From the IMG/VR virus record IMGVR_UViG_3300029778_000002: a DNA stretch of 61,948 nt; one strand, written 5' to 3'. Shown one piece after another: positions 16,166-23,017 of this stretch. Under the pieces are notes generated by a model. That model was not told the origin of the DNA, searched no databases, and was given only the letters and a program-made list of their open reading frames with translations. Both the position numbers and the translations under genes were made by a program. Origin of the DNA: a virus. Every line of letters starts with the position of its first letter. Position 1 is the first letter of the stretch.

Positions 16166-16191
16166 CCATAATAGAAGGTGAAATTTTCGCG
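16166..16191 (-). promoter_or_regulatory. 26-nt promoter-like motif, copy 9
   Basis: Minus strand CGCGAAAATTTCACCTTCTATTATGG, 33 nt upstream of ATG 16133. Confidence 0.6.
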
Positions 16192-16196
16192 TCTGC

Positions 16197-16229
16197 GTAA
16201 AAAATAAGAGCCTGTGTTTCCACAAGCTC
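16197..16229 (-). terminator. Rho-independent terminator
   Basis: Minus strand GAGCTTGTGGAAACACAGGCTC followed by TTATTTTTT. Confidence 0.65.
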
Positions 16230-16237
16230 CATTTTGA

Positions 16238-16348
16238 TCAGTGTTTCTTCTTTGTTCTGCTTTTCACCTCGTTTGTCTTTGCTCCGATCAGCTTTGCCAG
16301 CCTGACCAGAATCACAACGATCAAAATCCAGATAATCAAGTTAAACAT
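16238..16348 (-). CDS. Tiny membrane peptide (36 aa, not in ORF track)
   Basis: AAAGGTGG SD before ATG 16348. Encodes MFNLIIWILIVVILVRLAKLIGAKTNEVKSRTKKKH. Confidence 0.35.
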   Translation of the reverse strand: MFNLIIWILIVVILVRLAKLIGAKTNEVKSRTKKKH

Positions 16349-16364
16349 ATTAACATACCACCTT

Positions 16365-16390
16365 TCATAAAGGCGGCTGTATTTTTCGCG
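16365..16390 (-). promoter_or_regulatory. 26-nt promoter-like motif, copy 10
   Basis: Minus strand CGCGAAAAATACAGCCGCCTTTATGA, 17 nt upstream of ATG 16348. Confidence 0.55.
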
Positions 16391-16396
16391 TCCAGA

Positions 16397-16432
16397 TAAA
16401 AAGAAAAAGCCGCAGATTTCTCCACGGCTCTC
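16397..16432 (-). terminator. Rho-independent terminator (conserved family)
   Basis: Minus strand GAGAGCCGTGGAGAAATCTGCGGCTTTTTCTTTTT. Confidence 0.7.
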
Positions 16433-16436
16433 GCCT

Positions 16437-16733
16437 TTATAAAACGATGTAGTTCGTCGGTTTGGTTACATGCTCGATGATTCCTGCTTTCTTCAGCAGC
16501 TCAAAGTCTCGTGCAATGCCGCCCAGGTCATAGTTTTCGAGCCTGAGCTGATACTCGCATTTCTTATGATCCTTATCACCACAGCTTCCCAGCTTGTCTA
16601 CCAGTGAATCAATGATTCGACTGTCAACATCGCAGTTTCTGCGGATGACTTCTCTCATAAGATCGCGACGATCAGTCATATCGTCAACACCCTTCACGTC
16701 AATGTACATAATAGTCTTTTTTGCCTTAAACAT
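16437..16733 (-). CDS. Hypothetical protein (98 aa)
   Basis: AAAGGAGA SD before ATG 16733. Confidence 0.55.
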   Translation of the reverse strand: MFKAKKTIMYIDVKGVDDMTDRRDLMREVIRRNCDVDSRIIDSLVDKLGSCGDKDHKKCEYQLRLENYDLGGIARDFELLKKAGIIEHVTKPTNYIVL

Positions 16734-16776
16734 AGTAAAATCTCCTTTACATAATCAAATTTTCGTGAACTTTCGT

Positions 16777-16802
16777 CCATAAAGGAGCCTGTATTTTTCG
16801 CG
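16777..16802 (-). promoter_or_regulatory. 26-nt promoter-like motif, copy 11
   Basis: Minus strand CGCGAAAAATACAGGCTCCTTTATGG, 44 nt upstream of ATG 16733. It starts immediately after the stop of the regulator gene. Confidence 0.6.
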
Positions 16803-17234
16803 TCATGCCCGCTCCCGGCTGAGGATCCAGAAGAATTTGCGATAGTTGTTGTAGTAAGTATCCTTGCAGCATGGGCACCCCTTGATCCGGAGGGCTTCAT
16901 AGGAATGTCCTTCTGTCACGCCGCGCAGAATATAAGGCGCGATTGCTGGTTCCAGTTCGCCCAGGCAGTTCTCCAGCAGATCGACCCTATTCGAATAGAA
17001 TGCTCGCGCCATCGCCATTTGCTCTGTCGGGTTCGAGGGTGTTGCATTGACGATTGCGCCCGTGCTTTCCGGAAACGCTTTCCATCCGTCGATGCGTACC
17101 AATGCGCGCTTCCATTCGTCGTATTGTCGGCAAAAATGTTTCAGTTCGTAATACCGATGCTTTGAAATATAATAAGGATTCTTTTTCGATAGCTCCGCCC
17201 GTTCGCCACGCATGATTTCGTTACAGTTTTTCAT
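16803..17234 (-). CDS. Phage transcription regulator, sigma-70 region-4-like (ArpU/RinA-type) (143 aa)
   Basis: AAAGGAG SD. YYELKHFCRQYDEWK and the C-terminal GHSYEALRIKG...YYNNYRKFFWIL resemble small sigma-like late-gene activators of Bacillota phages. Confidence 0.45.
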   Translation of the reverse strand: MKNCNEIMRGERAELSKKNPYYISKHRYYELKHFCRQYDEWKRALVRIDGWKAFPESTGAIVNATPSNPTEQMAMARAFYSNRVDLLENCLGELEPAIAPYILRGVTEGHSYEALRIKGCPCCKDTYYNNYRKFFWILSRERA

Positions 17235-17383
17235 AAAGTAGACTCCTTTGCACTATTTCTCAGCCCACGCTGAGTTCAAAGGAATACTACTGGAAAAAAC
17301 TGTCGTCTGCGTCCTGTTTTATTTTATTCTGGGTGAAGCGTTGCCCATTTTGAAATCTATCGTTTAATCTAGAATAGAATTCA

Positions 17384-17417
17384 TAAAAGAAAAAGCCCGG
17401 AAAATCCGAGCTTTTCA
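17384..17417 (-). terminator. Rho-independent terminator after int
   Basis: Minus strand AAAGCTCGGATTTTCCGGGCTTTTTCTTTT. Confidence 0.7.
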
Positions 17418-17420
17418 GCG

Positions 17421-18383
17421 TTATCTCATGTTTTTCAGAGGACTGTGCCTGCGGTACAGCTCTGCCAGATCCTCCTGTGTCAGGTCAAGATAAGCCTGTT
17501 CTGTCACGGTCACACTACTGTGCCCCAGAATCCGGCTCAGGGTGTAAATATCTCCGCCATTCATCAGGAACCGTTTTGCAAAGTTGTTCCGGAACACATG
17601 CGGATGAACGTTCTTCAAACCAACTCTCTTAGCGTACTTTCGGACGTTGGCTTCAAAATTATTTGCTTGCAGCGGTTTCCCCTCGTTTGTACAAAATAAA
17701 AAGTCGCTGTCACGGTAGCGGTCTTTGTATTTGCTCCACTTCCGGATCTGCCCTGCCATCTTCTCCGAAAAGAATACCGATCTGCCCCGTTTTCCTTTCG
17801 TGTTTTTCGCTGGCAGCCAGATGAACCGTTTTGCCAGATTTATGTCATTGACTTGGATCAGCAGGCATTCGCTGATTCTCATACCGGTGTCCATAAGGAG
17901 CTGAATAATCACAAAGTCCCTGTACTCACTGAATTTGGAAATATCCAGCGCTCTCAACAGCCGTTTGAAGTCGTCATCTGAGATAAATTCCAGCGGCTTG
18001 TGCTCTGTCTTCGTAAAGTCGCCACGCTTGATCGGCGATTTCCGAAGAATATCCTCATCGACGCACCAGTTAAAAAACACTCTGAGATTCCGCAGGTAGT
18101 TGTTGATCGTCACATCTGAGACTTGTTTTCCGTAGTCAGGACGGTTTTCCGGATAATTTCTGGCATCCTGATTCGTCACAGCGGTATACTTTCCCCGCCT
18201 CCGAATTTCCTGAATGTATCCCTGAATCGTCAGATGCGTAACATTTTCCGTGCGCTCAATTCCAATTTTGTACAAATGTTGCATGAACAACCTCAACGTC
18301 TGCTCATAACTGCCAATCGTCTTCATACTCAGTCCCTTTAACTCGCATGCCTCCAGAAACATTTCTACATCTTTTTCCACCAC
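17421..18383 (-). CDS. int: Tyrosine integrase (XerC/D-phage integrase family, 320 aa)
   Basis: C-terminal catalytic signature HPHVFRNNFAKRFL...LGHSSVTVTEQAYL. Start placed at GTG 18383, 6 nt after GGAGG; the track TTG at 18455 has no SD. Confidence 0.9.
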   Translation of the reverse strand: MVEKDVEMFLEACELKGLSMKTIGSYEQTLRLFMQHLYKIGIERTENVTHLTIQGYIQEIRRRGKYTAVTNQDARNYPENRPDYGKQVSDVTINNYLRNLRVFFNWCVDEDILRKSPIKRGDFTKTEHKPLEFISDDDFKRLLRALDISKFSEYRDFVIIQLLMDTGMRISECLLIQVNDINLAKRFIWLPAKNTKGKRGRSVFFSEKMAGQIRKWSKYKDRYRDSDFLFCTNEGKPLQANNFEANVRKYAKRVGLKNVHPHVFRNNFAKRFLMNGGDIYTLSRILGHSSVTVTEQAYLDLTQEDLAELYRRHSPLKNMR

Positions 18384-18455
18384 AAAAAACCTCCGGAATC
18401 CATTCGGCTCCACACCCAATAAATCCCGGAGATTTATCGCCCTATCAACAATCAA

Positions 18456-18500
18456 TTTATCGCTATGGAATCCATAATTCTATAATTCCATAGCGATAAA
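18456..18500. repeat. Perfect 16-bp inverted repeat with 13-bp spacer upstream of int
   Basis: TTTATCGCTATGGAAT (18456-18471) is the exact reverse complement of ATTCCATAGCGATAAA (18485-18500). The spacer CCATAATTCTATA contains a duplicated ATAATTC. Confidence 0.85.
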
Positions 18501-18564
18501 CATTTTTCACCATCCCAGAATTACAAGCTTTGCGCGCAAAATATCACGTTGGCGCGTACATCCA

Positions 18565-18777
18565 TCACACTGCCCTCTGCCGCTTATCCAGCCGCATCTT
18601 ATCAGCAATCATTGCAATGAACTCCGAATTGGTGGGCTTGCCCCGCAGGTTGTGGATGGTATAGCCGAAGTAGCTGTTGAGGGTATCCACATCGCCCCGG
18701 TCCCACGCCACCTCAATGGCGTGGCGGATGGCCCGCTCCACGCGGCTGGCGGTGGTGCCGTTTTTATGATAGGAAAT
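18565..18777 (-). pseudogene. spo0A: Start-less 3' fragment of spo0A (last 70 codons plus stop); attP-linked gene-end replacement candidate
   Basis: The minus-strand frame reads [70 protein letters not shown]. This matches the canonical Spo0A C-terminal DNA-binding region. An in-frame TAA lies immediately upstream, with no start codon or SD. Confidence 0.7.
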
Positions 18778-18976
18778 TTACCTAATTGTTGTGAGGTATT
18801 CTCCGTTCTTCACAGGTATAGGCGCAAGTTGTTTATCGTGCCCTTATTATACCAGATGCCGGGGCATATATCCATCGACAAATCGCTCAAATCCGACAAC
18901 TCAAAAAAGAAAAGTCCATGAAAATATCAATGCCCAGCGGCACCATATTTTTCCATAGACTTTTCCTCCATTTTGA

Positions 18977-19240
18977 TTACTTCCTGGCGTTGTTTTCCGC
19001 CCTCAGCCGTGCAAACAGTTCGTCTGCCTCGATGGCCTCCTTGGTGAAGGAGTTGTTCTTCCACCAGTTGATAATGGCCACCACAACGGTGATGAGGGTG
19101 CTGACCAGTTGCTGGAGCTGCTCGTTGTCGATGGGCAGCGGGCTCTTGTTGAACGAAGCCAGCAGACTGTTCAGCAGCGCCACGATCAGGCAGATGGTTC
19201 TCGCCCAGGTCGCAGCACTTGCATTGGTGTATTTCTCCAT
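18977..19240 (-). CDS. Holin (phiLC3-type, 87 aa)
   Basis: AGGAGG SD. Two hydrophobic helices and the WWKNNSFT signature. Last gene of the late block. Confidence 0.75.
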   Translation of the reverse strand: MEKYTNASAATWARTICLIVALLNSLLASFNKSPLPIDNEQLQQLVSTLITVVVAIINWWKNNSFTKEAIEADELFARLRAENNARK

Positions 19241-19256
19241 TTTGAAGTCCTCCTGT

Positions 19257-19583
19257 TCAGGCTGTGTGATCTTCCCGCAGCGGCAGTGCCTCCATCCGCT
19301 CGTATAGGTTCGTGCCGGTGCCGTTGCCTTTCAGTTCGTGATACGCCTCGTATACAAGCCCCACGTTGGTCAGCCCTTCCGAGTCAACGTACCCTTGCTG
19401 GATGTAGTACCGGCAGCTCTGATAGAGTCTGTCGTGGAGCAGAGCCTTCACCGCTTTTTTCAGTGCCTTCTGCTCCTGGATGGTAGCGTAGAACGCCTTC
19501 CCCGCCCATCCCAGTGCCGCCGCGATGATCAGGGAGACCACCTCGTTGAAATGGGTCACGATAAAGCTTTCCGTGGGGTTCAC
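19257..19583 (-). CDS. Lysis-cassette membrane protein (108 aa)
   Basis: GTG 19583 overlaps the endolysin stop (GTGA coupling). N-terminal TM helix VVSLIIAAALGWAG. The upstream 56 codons of the track ORF overlap the lysin out of frame and are rejected. Confidence 0.5.
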   Translation of the reverse strand: MNPTESFIVTHFNEVVSLIIAAALGWAGKAFYATIQEQKALKKAVKALLHDRLYQSCRYYIQQGYVDSEGLTNVGLVYEAYHELKGNGTGTNLYERMEALPLREDHTA

Positions 19584-20206
19584 GCTCCCTTCACGCTTGT
19601 CAGACCCGCTTTTGTAATGATACTCGGGTAATCCTTGTAGACATGGTTCATGTCCACCACGCCGCTCACACCAGCCACCTTGCCCTTGGAGCTGTACTGC
19701 CACATACCGTGCTTGCGGGTCGGCCGCTTGTTCCGGTAGTCCGCCAGCCATAGGTCAAAGTCATTCAGCTGCCACATGTTCAGGTTGTAGTCGGCAAAGT
19801 TCGAGTAGGTATACAGGGTCGCGTACAGTCCCCACTTTTCGATCTCCCTGAGCTCCATTTTGACAAGTTTCGTCAACTCGGCTGCGGGCAGACTTTTCAG
19901 ACGGGGGTCCTCCACGTCCATAGCAATGGGCAGCTCAAAGCTCTTTCCTTCCAGGCATGTCTTGAGCAGGTTCAGCTCCTTCTTTGCCATGCCTTCCGTT
20001 ACCGCAACGGTGTAAGTATATACGCCAACTGGCAAACCCACAGATTTGGCCCCGGCATAGTTCGCTTCAAAGCACGGATCGACGTAGAGCTGCCCGCTCT
20101 TGGTGGAAACTGCACGAATCATCACGCCACCTACTTTTCCGCTGGCCTTGACTTTTTTCCAGTCAATGGTTCCCTGCCAGCGGGAAACGTCGATGACATC
20201 AAGCAT
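19580..20206 (-). CDS. Endolysin, GH25 muramidase (208 aa)
   Basis: The N-terminus LDVIDVSRWQGTIDWKKVK and DLWLADY are GH25 hallmarks. Confidence 0.9.
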   Translation of the reverse strand: MLDVIDVSRWQGTIDWKKVKASGKVGGVMIRAVSTKSGQLYVDPCFEANYAGAKSVGLPVGVYTYTVAVTEGMAKKELNLLKTCLEGKSFELPIAMDVEDPRLKSLPAAELTKLVKMELREIEKWGLYATLYTYSNFADYNLNMWQLNDFDLWLADYRNKRPTRKHGMWQYSSKGKVAGVSGVVDMNHVYKDYPSIITKAGLTSVKGA

Positions 20207-20363
20207 TCCCCTGCTCCTTCAGTTTCTCGGCCAGCTGGGTGCACAGCTTTTCGTACTCCTCTTCGGTCAGGCGGTCGTTGGCAAAGAAGATATCCAGCTT
20301 CCGCTGCATCCCGTTGGTCTTGCCGCGTTCGATCAGGCGTGCACAGGTGTTGTAGAGTTCCAT
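20199..20363 (-). CDS. XkdX-like small protein (54 aa)
   Basis: Start moved to ATG 20363 (AAAGGAATCAAA-ATG). The ...NDRLTEEEYEKL... block resembles the XkdX family, which sits between fibre and lysis genes. Confidence 0.45.
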   Translation of the reverse strand: MELYNTCARLIERGKTNGMQRKLDIFFANDRLTEEEYEKLCTQLAEKLKEQGNA

Positions 20364-20479
20364 TTTGATTCCTTTCTGCTCACGTTCTGCATGAGCCATC
20401 TTAATGTAAAAAATCGCTCATCAGCATTCCTTTTCAGTGGGCCAATAAGCGAAACGATACAAATGGGCTGACCCGACTC

Positions 20480-20860
20480 TTATTCCTCCGGCGTAACCCC
20501 CAGCTCCAACATGGTCAATCGGTACTCCTGATCCACCACCAGGCTGTCGGTGTCGGTTTGGGCGCTTTGCAGGGCGGCCAGTGTTTCGGGCAGGGTGTCC
20601 ACGGCTTCCTGCTTTGCCGCTGCCTTCTGCTTTGCCGCTTCCTGTGCAGCCAGCTCTTCGGCGGTCGGCGGCTGTGGCACTTCCCCGTATTCGTACACCT
20701 CGTACTCCGCCCCGCATAGCCGGATGCCCCAGTAAGCTTCCCCGGGCTGTGTATTTTGGTTGTGTGCGTTTACCGCAGCCTCGATCGCGCTGTAATCTGC
20801 CGGGGTGCCGTCGGTCTCGGTCGGTATCGTGTACCCGGGGCGGATCGCTGTTTCTTCCAT
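20480..20860 (-). CDS. Hypothetical tail-fibre-associated protein (126 aa)
   Basis: AAAGGAGAGTTCAAA-ATG. It occupies the XkdW-like position. Confidence 0.5.
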   Translation of the reverse strand: MEETAIRPGYTIPTETDGTPADYSAIEAAVNAHNQNTQPGEAYWGIRLCGAEYEVYEYGEVPQPPTAEELAAQEAAKQKAAAKQEAVDTLPETLAALQSAQTDTDSLVVDQEYRLTMLELGVTPEE

Positions 20861-20883
20861 TTTGAACTCTCCTTTCCGGGTGC

Positions 20884-21699
20884 TCAGTTAATATAGTTAC
20901 TGGAGGCCCATAAAAAGGTAACCGTTGTTACCAGCGTATTCAGCGGCAGTACGATGCAGGGGCGCAGACCGTGCGAGTCCTCTCTGTAGCCTGCATTGCA
21001 GAAACTTCCGTCCGCATAAAACGCGTACATATAGTTGCCGTTGTGGGTTCGTTTGGAGCGTGTCCAGTATTCATCGTCTGCTTTTCGCTTGTCGGTGGCA
21101 TCAGTCGTATAGTCGAAGTAGTCCAGTTTTGCACCCTCCTGCGCCATCAGGCCATCTATGCCCTGCCAGGTGTAAATACCCATCTCGACCGCGGAAAGCA
21201 GAAAGCACTTTCTCGAAAGGCCGTTCGAGCCGGAGGAAACATTGGCCGAATTGTAATCCGCCTCCTTCACGTAGGGCAGATGCACGGTCATCAGGCGGTT
21301 TGCCACACTGGGTGTGATATTTCCGCCCGGGTAGTTGACACACCAGTTGTCCAGAGCATATCCTTCGTAACCGTAGATGTAACCGCCACTGATGGAAGTG
21401 GACGCTGCAATGCTCGACCTCCAGAGCCATGCGCCGTTGGCCGTGCTGTCGTATAATCCGCCGCCAGGAACGCCCTTGTGCACCAGCTTATACCAGCAGG
21501 TATTGCCGCTCGGGTCTGCAATGCCAAATTCCGTCCCCAACGCAAAGGAGCTGATGGGATTGCCGCCGTCATAAAACTTCTTGGCCACGCCATCCACGCC
21601 GATATAGCCCTTATGTACTGGCCTTGCAGCACCATCCACGCCGGTGTAGATTTTGGAGACCGACTTGGCACTTCCGCCGATTCCGGTATAAATTGCCAT
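20884..21699 (-). CDS. Putative receptor-binding protein (271 aa)
   Basis: AAGGAGG SD. N-terminal IYTGVDG.AK..HKGYIGVDGVAKKFY repeats and C-terminal WTRS...GLRPCIVL (DUF6273-like). Confidence 0.55.
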   Translation of the reverse strand: MAIYTGIGGSAKSVSKIYTGVDGAARPVHKGYIGVDGVAKKFYDGGNPISSFALGTEFGIADPSGNTCWYKLVHKGVPGGGLYDSTANGAWLWRSSIAASTSISGGYIYGYEGYALDNWCVNYPGGNITPSVANRLMTVHLPYVKEADYNSANVSSGSNGLSRKCFLLSAVEMGIYTWQGIDGLMAQEGAKLDYFDYTTDATDKRKADDEYWTRSKRTHNGNYMYAFYADGSFCNAGYREDSHGLRPCIVLPLNTLVTTVTFLWASSNYIN

Positions 21700-21711
21700 G
21701 TTTCGTCCTCC

Positions 21712-22986
21712 TTATGCGTATACCAGCAGGATAGAGCCGGTTGCAAGGCTGCTTCCCGCACCGGGGTCACTGGTTTGGGAGGTGATGGTGTTGGTGTTGA
21801 CATATGCCCAACCTGAAAAGCTGTTGCCATTAGTCCATCTCTGACGAAACGCCATTACCCCTGTACAATGAGCAATATATACTTGCGTTACATTGTCAGA
21901 ATAGTTCCACACCATAACAATGCCGTATTTATATACCCCGCTTGGCCCGTTCGTTCCCCAGTGCTCAGGAGTTGTCAGCCATATGCCTGTATCGAGAGCA
22001 TCCCAATTAGGCGCGCCAGATAGATAGTCTCTCCAGAGCAAAGTCTTGCACGCATCCAGGGCCGTCGAGCACCCAGTTCCTCCTCTTGCAAGTCCTAGAA
22101 TCCCGGAAGTGATATTGGCCGCGCTATGGCTATGCGCACTCGGTGGATAATTACTCGGCTTCCCGCTCACGCTGTCCCACGTAGAGGGAAACGTACTCGG
22201 TTTATCCGTCACGGAATTCCAGTCCGTCTTGATGCTCTTGAACTTGTCGCCCACGGTCTTTGCATCCGCGGGTGCGCCGTCAATGGTCAGGGTCTTGTCG
22301 GTGTTCACCACCTTCTTGGCCGCTTCCACCAGTTGGCGGGCTTCGTTCTCGCTGGCCTTGGCGTTTCCTTCGCTGGTCTTCGCATTCCCCTCGCTGGTCT
22401 TGGCCTTCCCTGCGCTTGCTTCGGCTTCTTTGGCCTTGGCGGTGCAGGTGGCCACGCTGGTCCCCATGCTGTCAGCACTGGCTTTCGCCTTGGTCTCGCT
22501 GGTCTTGGCGTTGGCCTCGCTGGTGGCAGCTTTCGTTTCGCTGCTCTTAGCATTGGTCTCGCTGGTCTTCGCGTTGGTCTCCGAGGTCTTGGCCGCATTC
22601 TCGCTTGCCTTGGCGTTTGTCTCCGAGGTCTTTGCCTTGGTCTCGCTGGTCTTGGCCGCGTTCTCACTGGCCTTGGCGTTGGTCTCGCTGGTCTTTGCCG
22701 CACTGGCCGAACCTGCCGCCGCAGAAGCAGAGGATGCCGCAGCGTTCTGACTTGCCCTGGCTGCATTCTCGCTGGCCTTCGCGTTGGTTTCGCTCACCTT
22801 GGCAGCATCCTGACTTGCCTTTGCCGCATCCCGTGCCGCTTCGGCCTGACGGAGCAGCTCTTTGATGTTGGCGATGCTCTGGTTCACAAAGTCCCGGGTC
22901 CACTCCATCGAGCTGGCGATGTATTCACGGACTTCCCGGCCATAGATCGCCTTCCGGATGCCCGTAATGATCGCATCAAAATCCAT
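21712..22986 (-). CDS. Tail fibre with heptad (SETNAKA) repeat shaft (424 aa)
   Basis: Start at ATG 22986. About 20 tandem 7-aa units (SETNAKA/SENAAKT) and a globular C-terminal domain. Confidence 0.7.
   Translation of the reverse strand: MDFDAIITGIRKAIYGREVREYIASSMEWTRDFVNQSIANIKELLRQAEAARDAAKASQDAAKVSETNAKASENAARASQNAAASSASAAAGSASAAKTSETNAKASENAAKTSETKAKTSETNAKASENAAKTSETNAKTSETNAKSSETKAATSEANAKTSETKAKASADSMGTSVATCTAKAKEAEASAGKAKTSEGNAKTSEGNAKASENEARQLVEAAKKVVNTDKTLTIDGAPADAKTVGDKFKSIKTDWNSVTDKPSTFPSTWDSVSGKPSNYPPSAHSHSAANITSGILGLARGGTGCSTALDACKTLLWRDYLSGAPNWDALDTGIWLTTPEHWGTNGPSGVYKYGIVMVWNYSDNVTQVYIAHCTGVMAFRQRWTNGNSFSGWAYVNTNTITSQTSDPGAGSSLATGSILLVYA
22340..22830. repeat. Tandem 21-bp coding repeats inside the tail-fibre gene
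   Basis: GGTCTCGCTGGTCTTGGC(G/C)TT-type units repeat head to tail. They translate to SETNAKA-like heptads. Boundaries are approximate. Confidence 0.75.
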
Positions 22987-23017
22987 TCCTATTCTCAACC
23001 TCCTCCATTTTGAGCCC

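Noticed and set aside
10527-16432. Regularly recurring near-identical hairpins (GAGAGCC..GGAGAAATC..GGCTCT) that might be mistaken for a CRISPR array
   Set aside because: Spacing is irregular (0.2-1.3 kb). Each repeat follows a stop codon and ends in a T-run, and the intervening segments are SD-led ORFs. These are terminators. No cas genes are present.
17235-17383. Possible attP or lysogeny-control site in the gap between the int terminator and the regulator gene
   Set aside because: Only short palindromes (TCTAGA, CTCAGC-GTGG-GCTGAG) and one TCAAAATGG mini-ORF are present. The spo0A fragment on the other side of int is a much stronger attP indicator.
18652-18921. 89-aa plus-strand ORF
   Set aside because: It is the antisense strand of the spo0A fragment. 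The minus-strand translation closely matches the conserved Spo0A C-terminus.
19584-19751. Upstream 56 codons of ORF 19257..19751
   Set aside because: They overlap the GH25 endolysin out of frame and give a Gly/Gln/Arg-rich nonsense translation. A GTGA-coupled GTG start at 19583 gives a sensible TM protein.
20884-22986. Diversity-generating retroelement targeting the fibre/receptor-binding genes
   Set aside because: There is no reverse transcriptase ORF and no template/variable repeat pair anywhere in the window. The repeats in the fibre are simple in-frame tandem heptads.
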